From the NCBI GenBank assembly GCA_030641485.1, contig DAOWHJ010000038.1, forward strand, positions 1 to 56,296: 56,296 bases of DNA, written 5' to 3'. The notes below the pieces were generated by a model. It worked only from the letters and a program-made list of their open reading frames with translations, made no database searches and had not been told where the DNA came from. A program made the translations under genes and the position numbers. Within the stretch, counting starts at the first letter, position 1, and the number at the start of each line of letters is the position of its first letter. This DNA is from Pseudomonadota bacterium (GTDB lineage: Bacteria > Desulfobacterota > Anaeroferrophillalia > Anaeroferrophillales > Tharpellaceae). This document shows, piece after piece, positions 1 to 8,209 of this stretch.

Positions 1-9
1 AAACACGAC

Positions 10-216
10 ATGAGTACAGGTACAGTACAGTGGTTCAATGCAGACAAAGGGTTCGGTTTCATTGCTCCAGATGATGGTGGCAAAGATTTGTTTGTTCATC
101 ATTCTGAAATCCAAGCAGGCGGCGGCGATGCAACACTCGCTGATGGCCAGAAAGTAGAATACGAAGTCGGTCAAGGACAGAAAGGGCCGTGTGCAAACAA
201 GGTTGTGCCAGTCTGA
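10..216 (+). CDS. Cold-shock protein, CspA family (68 aa)
   Basis: Translation [18 protein letters not shown]...DLFVHHSEI carries the cold-shock domain RNP1 (KGFGFI) and RNP2-like (FVHH) motifs. The length is typical and a strong terminator follows. Confidence 0.95.
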   Translation: MSTGTVQWFNADKGFGFIAPDDGGKDLFVHHSEIQAGGGDATLADGQKVEYEVGQGQKGPCANKVVPV

Positions 217-255
217 TTAGATTGCTACATTGGAGAGCTTAAGAGGAAATGACTC

Positions 256-315
256 ATAACAAACGCATGCGGTCGGACGCATCCGCGCCGCTGACATGCG
301 TTTGTTATCTTTTTG
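256..315 (+). terminator. Rho-independent terminator of the cold-shock gene
   Basis: Perfect 14-bp stem ATAACAAACGCATG (256-269) / CATGCGTTTGTTAT (295-308) with a GC-rich structured loop, followed by CTTTTTG. It starts 40 nt after the csp stop. Confidence 0.85.
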
Positions 316-527
316 ATCCTTTACACTTCTACTCTACATGGTTTACGCTTTTAAGTTATGTTTTTCTCTATCCCTTAATTGGAACAGGAGGATGTCATGA
401 CTTGAATGGAGACATCAAAAATAGGGCAGAAGATTGAGTTCATCATTGTCCGCAAAAACAATATCAGTGATTATTAGCTGAAGGGTATGAAGTAGATGAA
501 AAATTTCATATACTGTGTTTAGCAAAT

Positions 528-2156
528 TTACTCAGCATCGACATCTACGGCTTGGTCCGGGTGTGTTTGAGCAAGTCCTCTAAAGAACCGGATAACGCCA
601 AAGAACCCCAGGCTGGAAGTAAAGGCCGTCATACCTCCTACCATAGCACCAACAACACCATGGGCGAAACTGTCCGCCCCTGCAAGAGTGAGACCTTTGA
701 TGGGCGTGCGTGGCCCCAATGCATGGATGTGATAGCGTTCGGGAATCGCAGGCAAGCCATAAGCCTCGCCTTCTGAGTGGCGGGAAAACCATTCAATACT
801 CAGCGGTGTTGAAAACTCCTTGGTATCAATCAAGTCGTTAAAACCAGGAGCTTCTTTCTCAACGAGATCGATGAGTTTCTGGCCTTGTTCTGCCTTGAAT
901 TTTTCATAGGCAGGTGAACGTTTTTTCCATGTCCCCTTTTCACCACAGTCCAGAAATACTTGATAGCGAGCCGATGCAATGAGTGTGACCGTATGAATTG
1001 TCTTTCCATCTGCGTCCTGCTGCTTGTCAAAGGACGCATAGACAATAGGTGCTCCATTTTCTTCCGGATGAGTGAGCATGCGGTCGAGTTGTTCAAGGTC
1101 TGCAGAACGGTAAAACCAGTGATTCTCACCGGAGAATCCCAGCTTGGCGGGATCTTCGTTGAGCCCCAGATAGGCAACTAGCATGCTGGTGCCTGCAGGA
1201 AAACTGCGCAGGGATGCACAGAGCTTCTTAGGGACTCGCATTGGATCAATCAACTTCAGATAGGTATTTCGTGCTCCCACGGCTGAGACCACACGGTCGG
1301 CGTACACCACAAAGTCAGGTTTATGGGTGCCGTCCCTAGCAACCGGCGCTAAACGCACGCCATGAACCTTGCCCTTTTTTATGAGAATTTCCTGGACACA
1401 ATGACTAACGGCAAAGTCTGCACCCAGATCCCGGATGTGAGAAACAATGGCTTCAACGACGGCTTGTGCGCCTCCTCTCGGTCGATGGGCCCCCATTTCA
1501 TAGTGATAGAAAATCGTTGCGTGGATAAAGAGGCTGGCCTTGGATGGGGAAAGACCATAATCACCACATTGCCCAGTCAAAACGGCCTTAATCTTATCGG
1601 AGTGTAGATGCTCGTTCAGGGAGTCAATAAACTTTCGATCTTGATACTTCCCCAAGAACAAACGCGCAATCAAACGTGGCAACCAGGCAAGATGACCGGG
1701 AAGTACCTTGGCGGCAAAAAATATGTTCCCCCAAATTCGGGCTCGCTTCAAATCCTTAAAGTAGTCATCAATACCTGTTTCAAGTGGAAACCGTGCCTTC
1801 AGTTCACAGATATAGTTCTTACACCCATTGGGCTGCTCAACCGTGAAGCCAGGAAAATGATATACCTCAAAGGGATCGGGTAAGGCCTGCCAGATGATCT
1901 GATTTCGGGTCAGGACATCCATGATTTTTCGAACAAATGTACCAGAAGACATTGCTCCGAGATAGTGAAGCCCTACATTCCAGGTATATTTACCACGTGA
2001 AAATGAGTGTGTAAAACCACCCATCTTACAATGCTGTTCAACGAGTAAGACCTTCTGTTTGCTAAACTTAGCATGAAATAAGGCCGCTGCCAGGCCGCCC
2101 ATACCGGAGCCGATGACGATAGTATCGTAATGTCTTTGAAGCTTTTTCTTCATCAA
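528..2156 (-). CDS. NAD(P)/FAD-dependent oxidoreductase, phytoene desaturase (CrtI) family (542 aa)
   Basis: N-terminal dinucleotide-binding motif YDTIVIGSGMGGLAAA...LLVEQH. The length and overall pattern are typical of CrtI/carotenoid-isomerase-like flavoproteins. Substrate is unknown. Confidence 0.75.
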   Translation of the reverse strand: MMKKKLQRHYDTIVIGSGMGGLAAALFHAKFSKQKVLLVEQHCKMGGFTHSFSRGKYTWNVGLHYLGAMSSGTFVRKIMDVLTRNQIIWQALPDPFEVYHFPGFTVEQPNGCKNYICELKARFPLETGIDDYFKDLKRARIWGNIFFAAKVLPGHLAWLPRLIARLFLGKYQDRKFIDSLNEHLHSDKIKAVLTGQCGDYGLSPSKASLFIHATIFYHYEMGAHRPRGGAQAVVEAIVSHIRDLGADFAVSHCVQEILIKKGKVHGVRLAPVARDGTHKPDFVVYADRVVSAVGARNTYLKLIDPMRVPKKLCASLRSFPAGTSMLVAYLGLNEDPAKLGFSGENHWFYRSADLEQLDRMLTHPEENGAPIVYASFDKQQDADGKTIHTVTLIASARYQVFLDCGEKGTWKKRSPAYEKFKAEQGQKLIDLVEKEAPGFNDLIDTKEFSTPLSIEWFSRHSEGEAYGLPAIPERYHIHALGPRTPIKGLTLAGADSFAHGVVGAMVGGMTAFTSSLGFFGVIRFFRGLAQTHPDQAVDVDAE

Positions 2157-2378
2157 CGAAGTCTACCCTCTGGAAGCAATGGTGTCAGACTTCTTTTATC
2201 AAGTACGTTAATCGCTAACATCCACATTTTTTAGAACTTTTCCAAAACAACTTTATCGGCAAGAAATAGCCGACCAAAAGCAATTCAACCTACATAAGCT
2301 ATGCTGCCAATAGCAAAACCGTCACATTTCAACTCAACAACTGCAGCAACAACAACATGCTGGATACGCTCCCGGCAA

Positions 2379-2462
2379 TCAGACAGCCTGCATCTTTTCA
2401 ATCTCTTTCAAGAGGCCCTTTTCCAAAAAGAGGTTTAGACCTAACTCAGAAATACTATTCAT
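2379..2462 (-). CDS. Candidate small ORF (27 aa, MNSISELGLNLFLEKGLLKEIEKMQAV)
   Basis: ATG is preceded by AAGGAG with a 7-nt spacer (AAGGAGACGAAAAATG). It lies inside an otherwise ORF-free 446-nt gap and is below the ORF-track size cutoff. I recognise no homology. Confidence 0.2.
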   Translation of the reverse strand: MNSISELGLNLFLEKGLLKEIEKMQAV

Positions 2463-2570
2463 TTTTCGTCTCCTTAACCATCAGTAACCGGCTTGCAGAT
2501 AACGTCAGTAATTAGACCATTTAAGACCCTATCGACAAAAAATAAAAATTCTTGAGCCGAGACTTCCTCG

Positions 2571-2589
2571 CTTAGGTTATTAACCTAAG
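2571..2589. promoter_or_regulatory. Perfect 9-bp inverted repeat CTTAGGTTA-T-TAACCTAAG (possible operator)
   Basis: Read directly from the sequence. It lies 14 nt beyond the stop of the acetolactate-decarboxylase-like gene and next to a C9 run (2594-2602). The 1-nt spacer fits a dimeric protein site better than an RNA hairpin. Confidence 0.3.
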
Positions 2590-2602
2590 AATACCCCCCC
2601 CC

Positions 2603-3424
2603 TCACCGCTCCACCTTTTCCAACGCACGGCTTCGATCCTTACTCAAATCGACCTCCGCCAGACTCACGTTTTCCGAGGGCAGGACCAGAGTAAATGTAT
2701 TCAGGACATCCAACTGACAAGTTCCAGATAAAGTTTCTAAGTCAAGAATATGCCCACCGGCACGACGCTCATTATCAAGGAAATGAAAATGGTAACCAGG
2801 AACATTGATACCTTTGACAAATGGGGGTGAACGAAAGCCAACAACAGTCCCAGAAACCTCTTCAAGCTCAAAGACTTGCTGTTTTTTCACCACTTCTGCC
2901 AACGGCTTATAGGGTTTCGATTGGGAGGGAACACTCCGAACTTTCATGCGTTTGAATTTGCCGTCTAAACGGACTGCAACAAAGAGATTCTGATTCGGAA
3001 GAATTTCATCAACCAGCTCTTTCAGATTTTTGTAATCTAATCCTGCGGCAACGCTAACTTCTTGCTCGGATTCAAAAAAACAGACACTGGCAAATGGAGT
3101 TTTCAACTCTTTCGCTGGCCGATAAACCCGGCCATCGATTTTAATCTGATAGACAGTTCCGTCCAGAACCACCATCTCGCCATCCAAATGATTAAAGGTG
3201 CCAATACCGAAGTCACCATAACCAAGCAATTTTTGGCAACTCATTTCACCATCATAAACTCCAGCTAAAAGTGCATCTATGGTTGACGTTTGGGTCAAGC
3301 AATCACGATTTACTGAGCGACAGCCCCAGCCGGTTAAAAGGACCAGAGCCAATAGAGCTATCACAAACCGACGATAAAACCGGGCCGTTTTTTCGGTCCT
3401 GACAGTTTTCAACAATTTCTTCAT
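2603..3424 (-). CDS. Alpha-acetolactate decarboxylase family protein with N-terminal signal/anchor sequence (273 aa)
   Basis: TSTIDALLAGVYDGEM...GDFGIGTFNHLDGEMVVLDGTVYQ and GTVVGFRSPPFVKGINVPGYHFHFLDNERRAGGHILD match the AlsD/BudA signature including the His cluster. The N-terminus MKKLL...RRFVIALLALVLLTGWGC is hydrophobic and signal-like. The start overlaps the upstream stop by 4 nt. Confidence 0.85.
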   Translation of the reverse strand: MKKLLKTVRTEKTARFYRRFVIALLALVLLTGWGCRSVNRDCLTQTSTIDALLAGVYDGEMSCQKLLGYGDFGIGTFNHLDGEMVVLDGTVYQIKIDGRVYRPAKELKTPFASVCFFESEQEVSVAAGLDYKNLKELVDEILPNQNLFVAVRLDGKFKRMKVRSVPSQSKPYKPLAEVVKKQQVFELEEVSGTVVGFRSPPFVKGINVPGYHFHFLDNERRAGGHILDLETLSGTCQLDVLNTFTLVLPSENVSLAEVDLSKDRSRALEKVER

Positions 3425-4101
3425 TCAAAATAGTCCTTCACTAAAGGGTCATTGACAACCACATCAAGAAATTTTATGGCCGTGTAATCACGATCTGATT
3501 CATGAATAATAATCTCCACAACGTAACTATAGTCGCCTGAAAAGGTGATCTCTAAAGCGGAGATCAGACGCCGAGCGGCAGACTCTTTCGGGACAAGTTT
3601 TAGGGTTGGTGGATTTTGTTCAAGCAGAGTTATGATATAGTACTTTTGTAAAAGATCAAAATCGGCCGTCGTCCAGGCCGTCACCTGGGTGGCAAAATGT
3701 TTGAGCCAGGGTTCGTTGTCAAGCTTAAACGATTGCACTATGGCACCCTTTTCGTGCCAACGCTGTCCATGGTCCCCACAAACCGAGAGTCCGGAAGCCA
3801 CCGGCTCAGTCAACTCCCAACGCCAGCAATCTGGCTGCTTAAAAACAAATTGGCCCGAAGCCTTTAACACCTCATTAAAAGCCTTAAGATGCTTCTCCTG
3901 CTCCATCCGGCTGGAGATTGTTGTAACTTGAGCTGCAGCGGCACTGATACTCTGCAACACCACGGATAATGGTTCATCAGTAACGGCTGCCACAGCCACG
4001 GAGTTTGACGACAACAGCCCCCAGCCTCCACAAAAAAATAGACATAACGCAAACCCCAAAAGGGTCAGGCGCATTGAACAGGCTGACTTTATGTTTCTCA
4101 A
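3421..4101 (-). CDS. LolA-like periplasmic lipid/lipoprotein carrier family protein (226 aa)
   Basis: Signal peptide (LTLLGFALCLFFCGGWG). The LolA-type pattern is ...GQFVFKQPDCWRWELTEPVASGLSVCGDHGQRW. It overlaps both neighbouring genes by 4 nt. Confidence 0.65.
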   Translation of the reverse strand: MRNIKSACSMRLTLLGFALCLFFCGGWGLLSSNSVAVAAVTDEPLSVVLQSISAAAAQVTTISSRMEQEKHLKAFNEVLKASGQFVFKQPDCWRWELTEPVASGLSVCGDHGQRWHEKGAIVQSFKLDNEPWLKHFATQVTAWTTADFDLLQKYYIITLLEQNPPTLKLVPKESAARRLISALEITFSGDYSYVVEIIIHESDRDYTAIKFLDVVVNDPLVKDYFE

Positions 4102-4565
4102 TTACTCCCCCCGGCAGCAGACGGCACCCAGAGCTTCAACTCAGCCTCAGCAACCGGCTCAGACGCAACCTTCACAACTGCATCAGCGATATAAAATTCA
4201 CCGATCTGGATTTTGGTTGCAACTTCAATTGTCAGGATTTCACCCGTTCCAACCCGCCGCCATGAATTAAAGTGCCTGACCCCGACTAGAAAACCGAGGC
4301 TTGGGTCACTTTCGGATAAACGATCTTCGTAGCCGCGCAAACAGGCGTAGGCCTGAGCCATCATCTCAAGGACAACCACTTCCTCCAAACAGCCACCCGC
4401 TTGCTGAGCGGTGCTGTCACTGAAAACGGTATCCGATTTTGCTTCAGCCAGAATCATGCCTAAACCTTGCGCACGGTCATAGGAGTGCAGTTCGTCAACC
4501 AACAACATGGTTTCACGGTGCGGAAGCAGCTCACAGGCGGGCAAAGGCAGCTCAACGTTTTTCAT
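4098..4565 (-). CDS. Hot-dog fold 3-hydroxyacyl-ACP dehydratase-like protein (ApeP/ApeI-like, 155 aa)
   Basis: LPHRETMLLVDEL motif near the N-terminus and the size are typical of the FabA/FabZ-related dehydratases found in aryl-polyene-type clusters. Confidence 0.7.
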   Translation of the reverse strand: MKNVELPLPACELLPHRETMLLVDELHSYDRAQGLGMILAEAKSDTVFSDSTAQQAGGCLEEVVVLEMMAQAYACLRGYEDRLSESDPSLGFLVGVRHFNSWRRVGTGEILTIEVATKIQIGEFYIADAVVKVASEPVAEAELKLWVPSAAGGSN

Positions 4566-4569
4566 TAAT

Positions 4570-5037
4570 TTACGACCGACTCACATAGAGCAGACGTTCT
4601 TCACTGCTGACAATTTCAATACGAATATTGATCAGGTTGGTTAACGGCAATAACCCCTCAGCCTTTTCTGGCCACTCAATCACTAAAACTCCAGGTTCAG
4701 CCAGATAATCGTTAAAACCCAATTCAAACAGCTCATCTCTATCACCAAGACGATAGAGGTCGAGATGGTAAAGCGGCAAACGCCCCCGATATTCATTGAT
4801 CAGAGTAAAAGTCGGGCTGTTGAGATAGTACCAATCGGGAACCCCCAAGCCTTTGGCTATACCTTTGGTCAGTAAGGTTTTACCCGCACCAAGATCGCCT
4901 TGCAAGGTCACAACATAGAGTTCATCCTGGAATGTGGCGCCAAGTTTTTCACCAAAGTCTAACGTCTCCGTAAAAGAAGAGGTTGCCAGGGACCTATCTG
5001 TGAATGCCATTTTTTCCCATATCTTCGTTATGCTCAA
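4570..5037 (-). CDS. tsaE: tRNA threonylcarbamoyladenosine (t6A) biosynthesis ATPase TsaE (155 aa)
   Basis: P-loop LQGDLGAGKTLLTKGIAKGLG followed by SPTFTLINEY...LYHLDLYRL, the YjeE/TsaE signature. Confidence 0.9.
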   Translation of the reverse strand: MSITKIWEKMAFTDRSLATSSFTETLDFGEKLGATFQDELYVVTLQGDLGAGKTLLTKGIAKGLGVPDWYYLNSPTFTLINEYRGRLPLYHLDLYRLGDRDELFELGFNDYLAEPGVLVIEWPEKAEGLLPLTNLINIRIEIVSSEERLLYVSRS

Positions 5038-5227
5038 AAAATTATCCTCGAAATATTACACATATGTTGCGACCGAAGAGAGTGCTCTTGCGGTACGGGT
5101 AATTTTCCTCACATACCTCGATCTGAGAAAAAATTGCTATTCTCAGACAGGCTCCTGACGGATTTTCCAATTTCATTGTAAATTCCTAAAAACACTGGAA
5201 TGGCTAAGTAAAAATTTTGATATGCAA

Positions 5228-5295
5228 GATGTCGTGCTTTTTCAGGCATGAGACCATACATGTAGTATGTCGAGTGCATGAAAAAGCACGACATC
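5228..5295. other. Long perfect hairpin (17-bp stem, 34-nt loop) between nnr and tsaE
   Basis: GATGTCGTGCTTTTTCA (5228-5244) is the exact reverse complement of TGAAAAAGCACGACATC (5279-5295). It starts 18 nt after the nnr stop on the minus strand. No adjacent U-tract. Confidence 0.6.
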
Positions 5296-5312
5296 GCCGG
5301 AGATCGAATTTT

Positions 5313-6911
5313 TTACGACGCCATCAACCATTGGGAAAGGGTTGCGGGCAAGGCCCTTTCAAGTTCAACCGCGGTCACACCATGGCTCATTCCGGCAGCC
5401 AATAGGTATTCGGCCAGCAAACCATGGAGAAAGACACCAGCCTGGGCGGCAGCCAAAAAGTCCAAACCTTGTGCCAGAAGGCTACCAATAATACCAGTTA
5501 AAATATCACCAGAACCAGCGGTCGCGAGCAGGGCATTGCCACTTGAATTTAGCGAAAGGGCACCGGATGGTGTCGCAATCACGGTCGCAGCCCCCTTAAG
5601 TACAACATAAACCCCCAGATTAACTGCCAATTCACGAGCAGAATCCAAACGCCGATTTTGAATGTCACGGGTTTCGCACTTTAATAGACGGGCCATCTCA
5701 CCGGGATGTGGGGTTAAGATTGTCTGAAAACGATTCTTGGGTAAAATGTCGGGGTTTTCAGCCAGCAGAGTCAAAGCATCGGCATCGAGAACTACCGGCA
5801 ATAAAGAACTTTTGAGCAAATTTGCGGTCAACTCGGCGGCGGCATCAGTTAATCCCAACCCTGGTCCAATCGCTAAAGCACTCTTGCCCAAGCAAATTTC
5901 TTCAATTTCAGAGACTGAGGTCACCCGGCTATGATCTGATTCAGATTCCGCCAAAAAAACCAGCATCAGAGCAGGATTCCGCCCTTCCAGTCGTTTAGCT
6001 AAGCTTTTCGGCAATGCTAATGAGCTAAGTCCACAGCCACAATGCAGTGCTGCTCCAGCCGCCAGCAGGCCCGCTCCAGATTTACCGGCACTACCAGCAA
6101 AGGTCAACAGATGACCACGACTGCCTTTATGAATATTTGCCTTTACTGTCATTTCAGGCAGTAAAGGGCGACAAAATTCGGCGGTTAAAAGCTGGATGGC
6201 ATCTTTTTCAGCTGCGGCCCATATTTGTGGGATGCCTATATCAACAATCTCGACTTGACCGGCATAGTTGCAACCAGGAGAGACAAAAAGCCCGGGTTTG
6301 CCAAAGGCAAAGGTCGCCGTGGCCGTAGCCTGCACCGCACTACCCAGCGGCAGGCCTGAATCAGCATCCAGACCGGAAGGGATATCGAGAGCTAACACGG
6401 GCCCGGAAAACTCATTAATTGCGGCAACGACCTCGGCATAAAGCCCACGGATATTGCTCTTGAGCCCAGTCCCCAAAAGACCATCAACCAAAATTTTTTG
6501 CTCTTTTAAAGTCGGTTTTAATTTAGACCAGCACTGCTCATCAATTAACTCGACAACTTCACCACCAAGACGTATAAATGCCTCAAGATTAACTTTGGCA
6601 TCACCACTCACTACGGCCTTAGCTGCCAGCAAGGCCACCCTGACTTTAGGATATCCTGCCAGCAACAGAACCCGGGCGACAACCAGCGCATCACCGCCGT
6701 TATTGCCTTTGCCAGCAAATATGAGAATTTCATCCGTGAAGTTGTCGAGCCAACCTGATTCTTCAATCAGGCTCACAGCCCCACGCCCAGCCTCCTCCAT
6801 CAAAACCACTCCAGGAATTCCAATCTCACGAATCGCACGCTCATCCAGCGCCCGCATTCGGGCAGCTGTTAGCAGCTTTATATCTCCAACTCTCAACCTT
6901 TTCATATTCAA
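5313..6911 (-). CDS. nnr: Bifunctional NAD(P)H-hydrate repair enzyme Nnr (epimerase + ADP-dependent dehydratase, 532 aa)
   Basis: N-terminal YjeF_N pattern (FAGKGNNGGDALVVAR) plus a C-terminal carbohydrate-kinase-like domain (VLDADAL...VLTPHPGEMARL...GSGDILTGIIGSLLAQG). Confidence 0.9.
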   Translation of the reverse strand: MNMKRLRVGDIKLLTAARMRALDERAIREIGIPGVVLMEEAGRGAVSLIEESGWLDNFTDEILIFAGKGNNGGDALVVARVLLLAGYPKVRVALLAAKAVVSGDAKVNLEAFIRLGGEVVELIDEQCWSKLKPTLKEQKILVDGLLGTGLKSNIRGLYAEVVAAINEFSGPVLALDIPSGLDADSGLPLGSAVQATATATFAFGKPGLFVSPGCNYAGQVEIVDIGIPQIWAAAEKDAIQLLTAEFCRPLLPEMTVKANIHKGSRGHLLTFAGSAGKSGAGLLAAGAALHCGCGLSSLALPKSLAKRLEGRNPALMLVFLAESESDHSRVTSVSEIEEICLGKSALAIGPGLGLTDAAAELTANLLKSSLLPVVLDADALTLLAENPDILPKNRFQTILTPHPGEMARLLKCETRDIQNRRLDSARELAVNLGVYVVLKGAATVIATPSGALSLNSSGNALLATAGSGDILTGIIGSLLAQGLDFLAAAQAGVFLHGLLAEYLLAAGMSHGVTAVELERALPATLSQWLMAS

Positions 6912-7660
6912 TCAACCGCCCGCATCTCTTTAAGTTTCAAGGCCATCTTCGCTTTCACCTGTTTACGCATGACAATATGGGCATCTTCGCCAGTGAATGC
7001 AGCCGGATCAACCGGAGGAAGCGCCTGCATCCGCACCCGAGCCGGACGGAGACAAAAAGTTCCCGGGGGTAAGAGTCGGTCGGTACCAGTAATACAGAGC
7101 GGTACCAGCGGCAGGTTAAGTTTTACTGCGAGCAGAAAAGCACCCGAATAAAAACGCTGCAACTCACCATCACGACTGCGATGCCCTTCCGGAAAAAAGA
7201 GAATTGAGCCCCCGGCATCAGTAATTAAACGGGCCTCTTCGGCACTCGCAGAAAAACCGGCATCCTCAACATCAAGATAGCGCGCCCAGCGCATGAAAGC
7301 CGTATACCAAAAGAGTCGACGAAAGGGCCAGGCTCTAACGACAAAAGCAATATCACTTACCGGCTGGAGCGCCATACAGAAGGTGTCGAAAAAAGAGAGG
7401 TGGTTGATAACATAGATACAGGGGGTGCGTTGCCGATACGCTTGGTCAAAACCTTCACGTTTGAAACTGACAAAGGGCAAGACAATCAGCATCCAGACCC
7501 GGCCATAGAGCCATATAAAATGGCGCATAATCTTCGCCACCGACCAACGACTGACCCCACGCCAAAGCAAGAAAGTAACCGGTGAAATCAGCAGGCCAAC
7601 CACCGTCCAGATGATAAGCAGTGGGTAAACCCAGAGATTCATCAGAGCCAACATCTTCAA
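6908..7660 (-). CDS. Lysophospholipid (1-acyl-sn-glycerol-3-phosphate) acyltransferase family protein, PlsC-like (250 aa)
   Basis: N-terminal membrane helices, HX4D-type motif INHLSFFDT and FPEGHRSRDG motif. It overlaps the ACP and nnr genes by 4 nt each. Confidence 0.8.
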   Translation of the reverse strand: MKMLALMNLWVYPLLIIWTVVGLLISPVTFLLWRGVSRWSVAKIMRHFIWLYGRVWMLIVLPFVSFKREGFDQAYRQRTPCIYVINHLSFFDTFCMALQPVSDIAFVVRAWPFRRLFWYTAFMRWARYLDVEDAGFSASAEEARLITDAGGSILFFPEGHRSRDGELQRFYSGAFLLAVKLNLPLVPLCITGTDRLLPPGTFCLRPARVRMQALPPVDPAAFTGEDAHIVMRKQVKAKMALKLKEMRAVD

Positions 7661-7923
7661 TCTGCTGCCGTTTCGGTTTCCCGTTTTTTTGTGATCACAA
7701 AACGATGGATATCACCTAAAGTTCGAATTTCACGCAAGCCTTCGTCATCACGAATCTTGATCTCAAGCAGACCTTCAAGGACAACCACCATATCGACAAT
7801 ATCGAGACTGTCAAGACCTAAGTCAGCAAAAATCTCAGCCTCCGAGACCATAGCCGACTCATCAAGTTCAAACTCCTCAATCAATGAATCATTGACCAAA
7901 GATATTATTTCTACATCTGTCAT
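7657..7923 (-). CDS. Acyl carrier protein (88 aa)
   Basis: Phosphopantetheine attachment motif DLGLDSLDIVDMV. Small and acidic. Confidence 0.85.
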   Translation of the reverse strand: MTDVEIISLVNDSLIEEFELDESAMVSEAEIFADLGLDSLDIVDMVVVLEGLLEIKIRDDEGLREIRTLGDIHRFVITKKRETETAAD

Positions 7924-8057
7924 GTTTTTCCTAATCTCCGGCAGAACCGGATAAGTAACTTACAACTCAGCTTTCTGAGTTAGTTCTTTTGCGTTATGTC
8001 TGAGCACTTTATAGTATCCCGCAAAGACGCAAAGGCGCCATGAAAATCAAAAAAATC

Positions 8058-8209
8058 GTAACTATTCAGGTTTCCACTATAAAACCACAACAAATGGCGG
8101 CGAACATTGCTTCGCTCCCATAAACGGGGTCACAGCTGGGGTGCTAACGCACCTTGTACCAGCAGTGACCCCAATCCCGGCAGTTTGCAGATGGCACCTG
8201 AATAGTTAC
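8058..8209. mobile_element. MITE-like palindromic element, family A copy 1 (152 bp)
   Basis: Perfect 14-bp terminal inverted repeats GTAACTATTCAGGT (8058-8071) / ACCTGAATAGTTAC (8196-8209). Internal nested stems are GGGGTCAC/GTGACCCC and GGTGC-TAAC-GCACC. It is homologous to 12194-12347 and 31909-32097. Confidence 0.75.

Noticed and set aside
249-437. 62-aa plus-strand ORF after the cold-shock gene
   Set aside because: It starts inside the terminator hairpin and has no RBS. The translation is low-complexity and hydrophobic. It is most likely noncoding spacer.
2603-3424. Butanediol/acetoin fermentation locus
   Set aside because: No acetolactate synthase or acetoin reductase is adjacent. The protein carries an export-type N-terminus and is coupled to LolA-like and dehydratase genes, so the classical pathway role is unlikely here.
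6454-6933. 159-aa plus-strand ORF antisense to nnr
   Set aside because: It is a shadow ORF of a GC-rich, confidently assigned gene. The translation is Ser/Pro/Thr/Ala-rich with no motif. The same reasoning applies to 5278-5610, 5737-5934 and 6047-6328.
7940-7990. Hairpin AACTCAG-CTTT-CTGAGTT followed by a T-rich run upstream of the ACP gene as a terminator
   Set aside because: The T-run follows the stem only on the plus strand, where there is no gene to terminate. On the coding (minus) strand it lacks a U-tract, so I left it unannotated.
8190-8209. Sigma-54 promoter (TGGCAC) inside the family A element
   Set aside because: TGGCAC is present, but the -12 element 5 nt downstream reads TAGT, not TTGC. 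It also points away from any gene on that strand.
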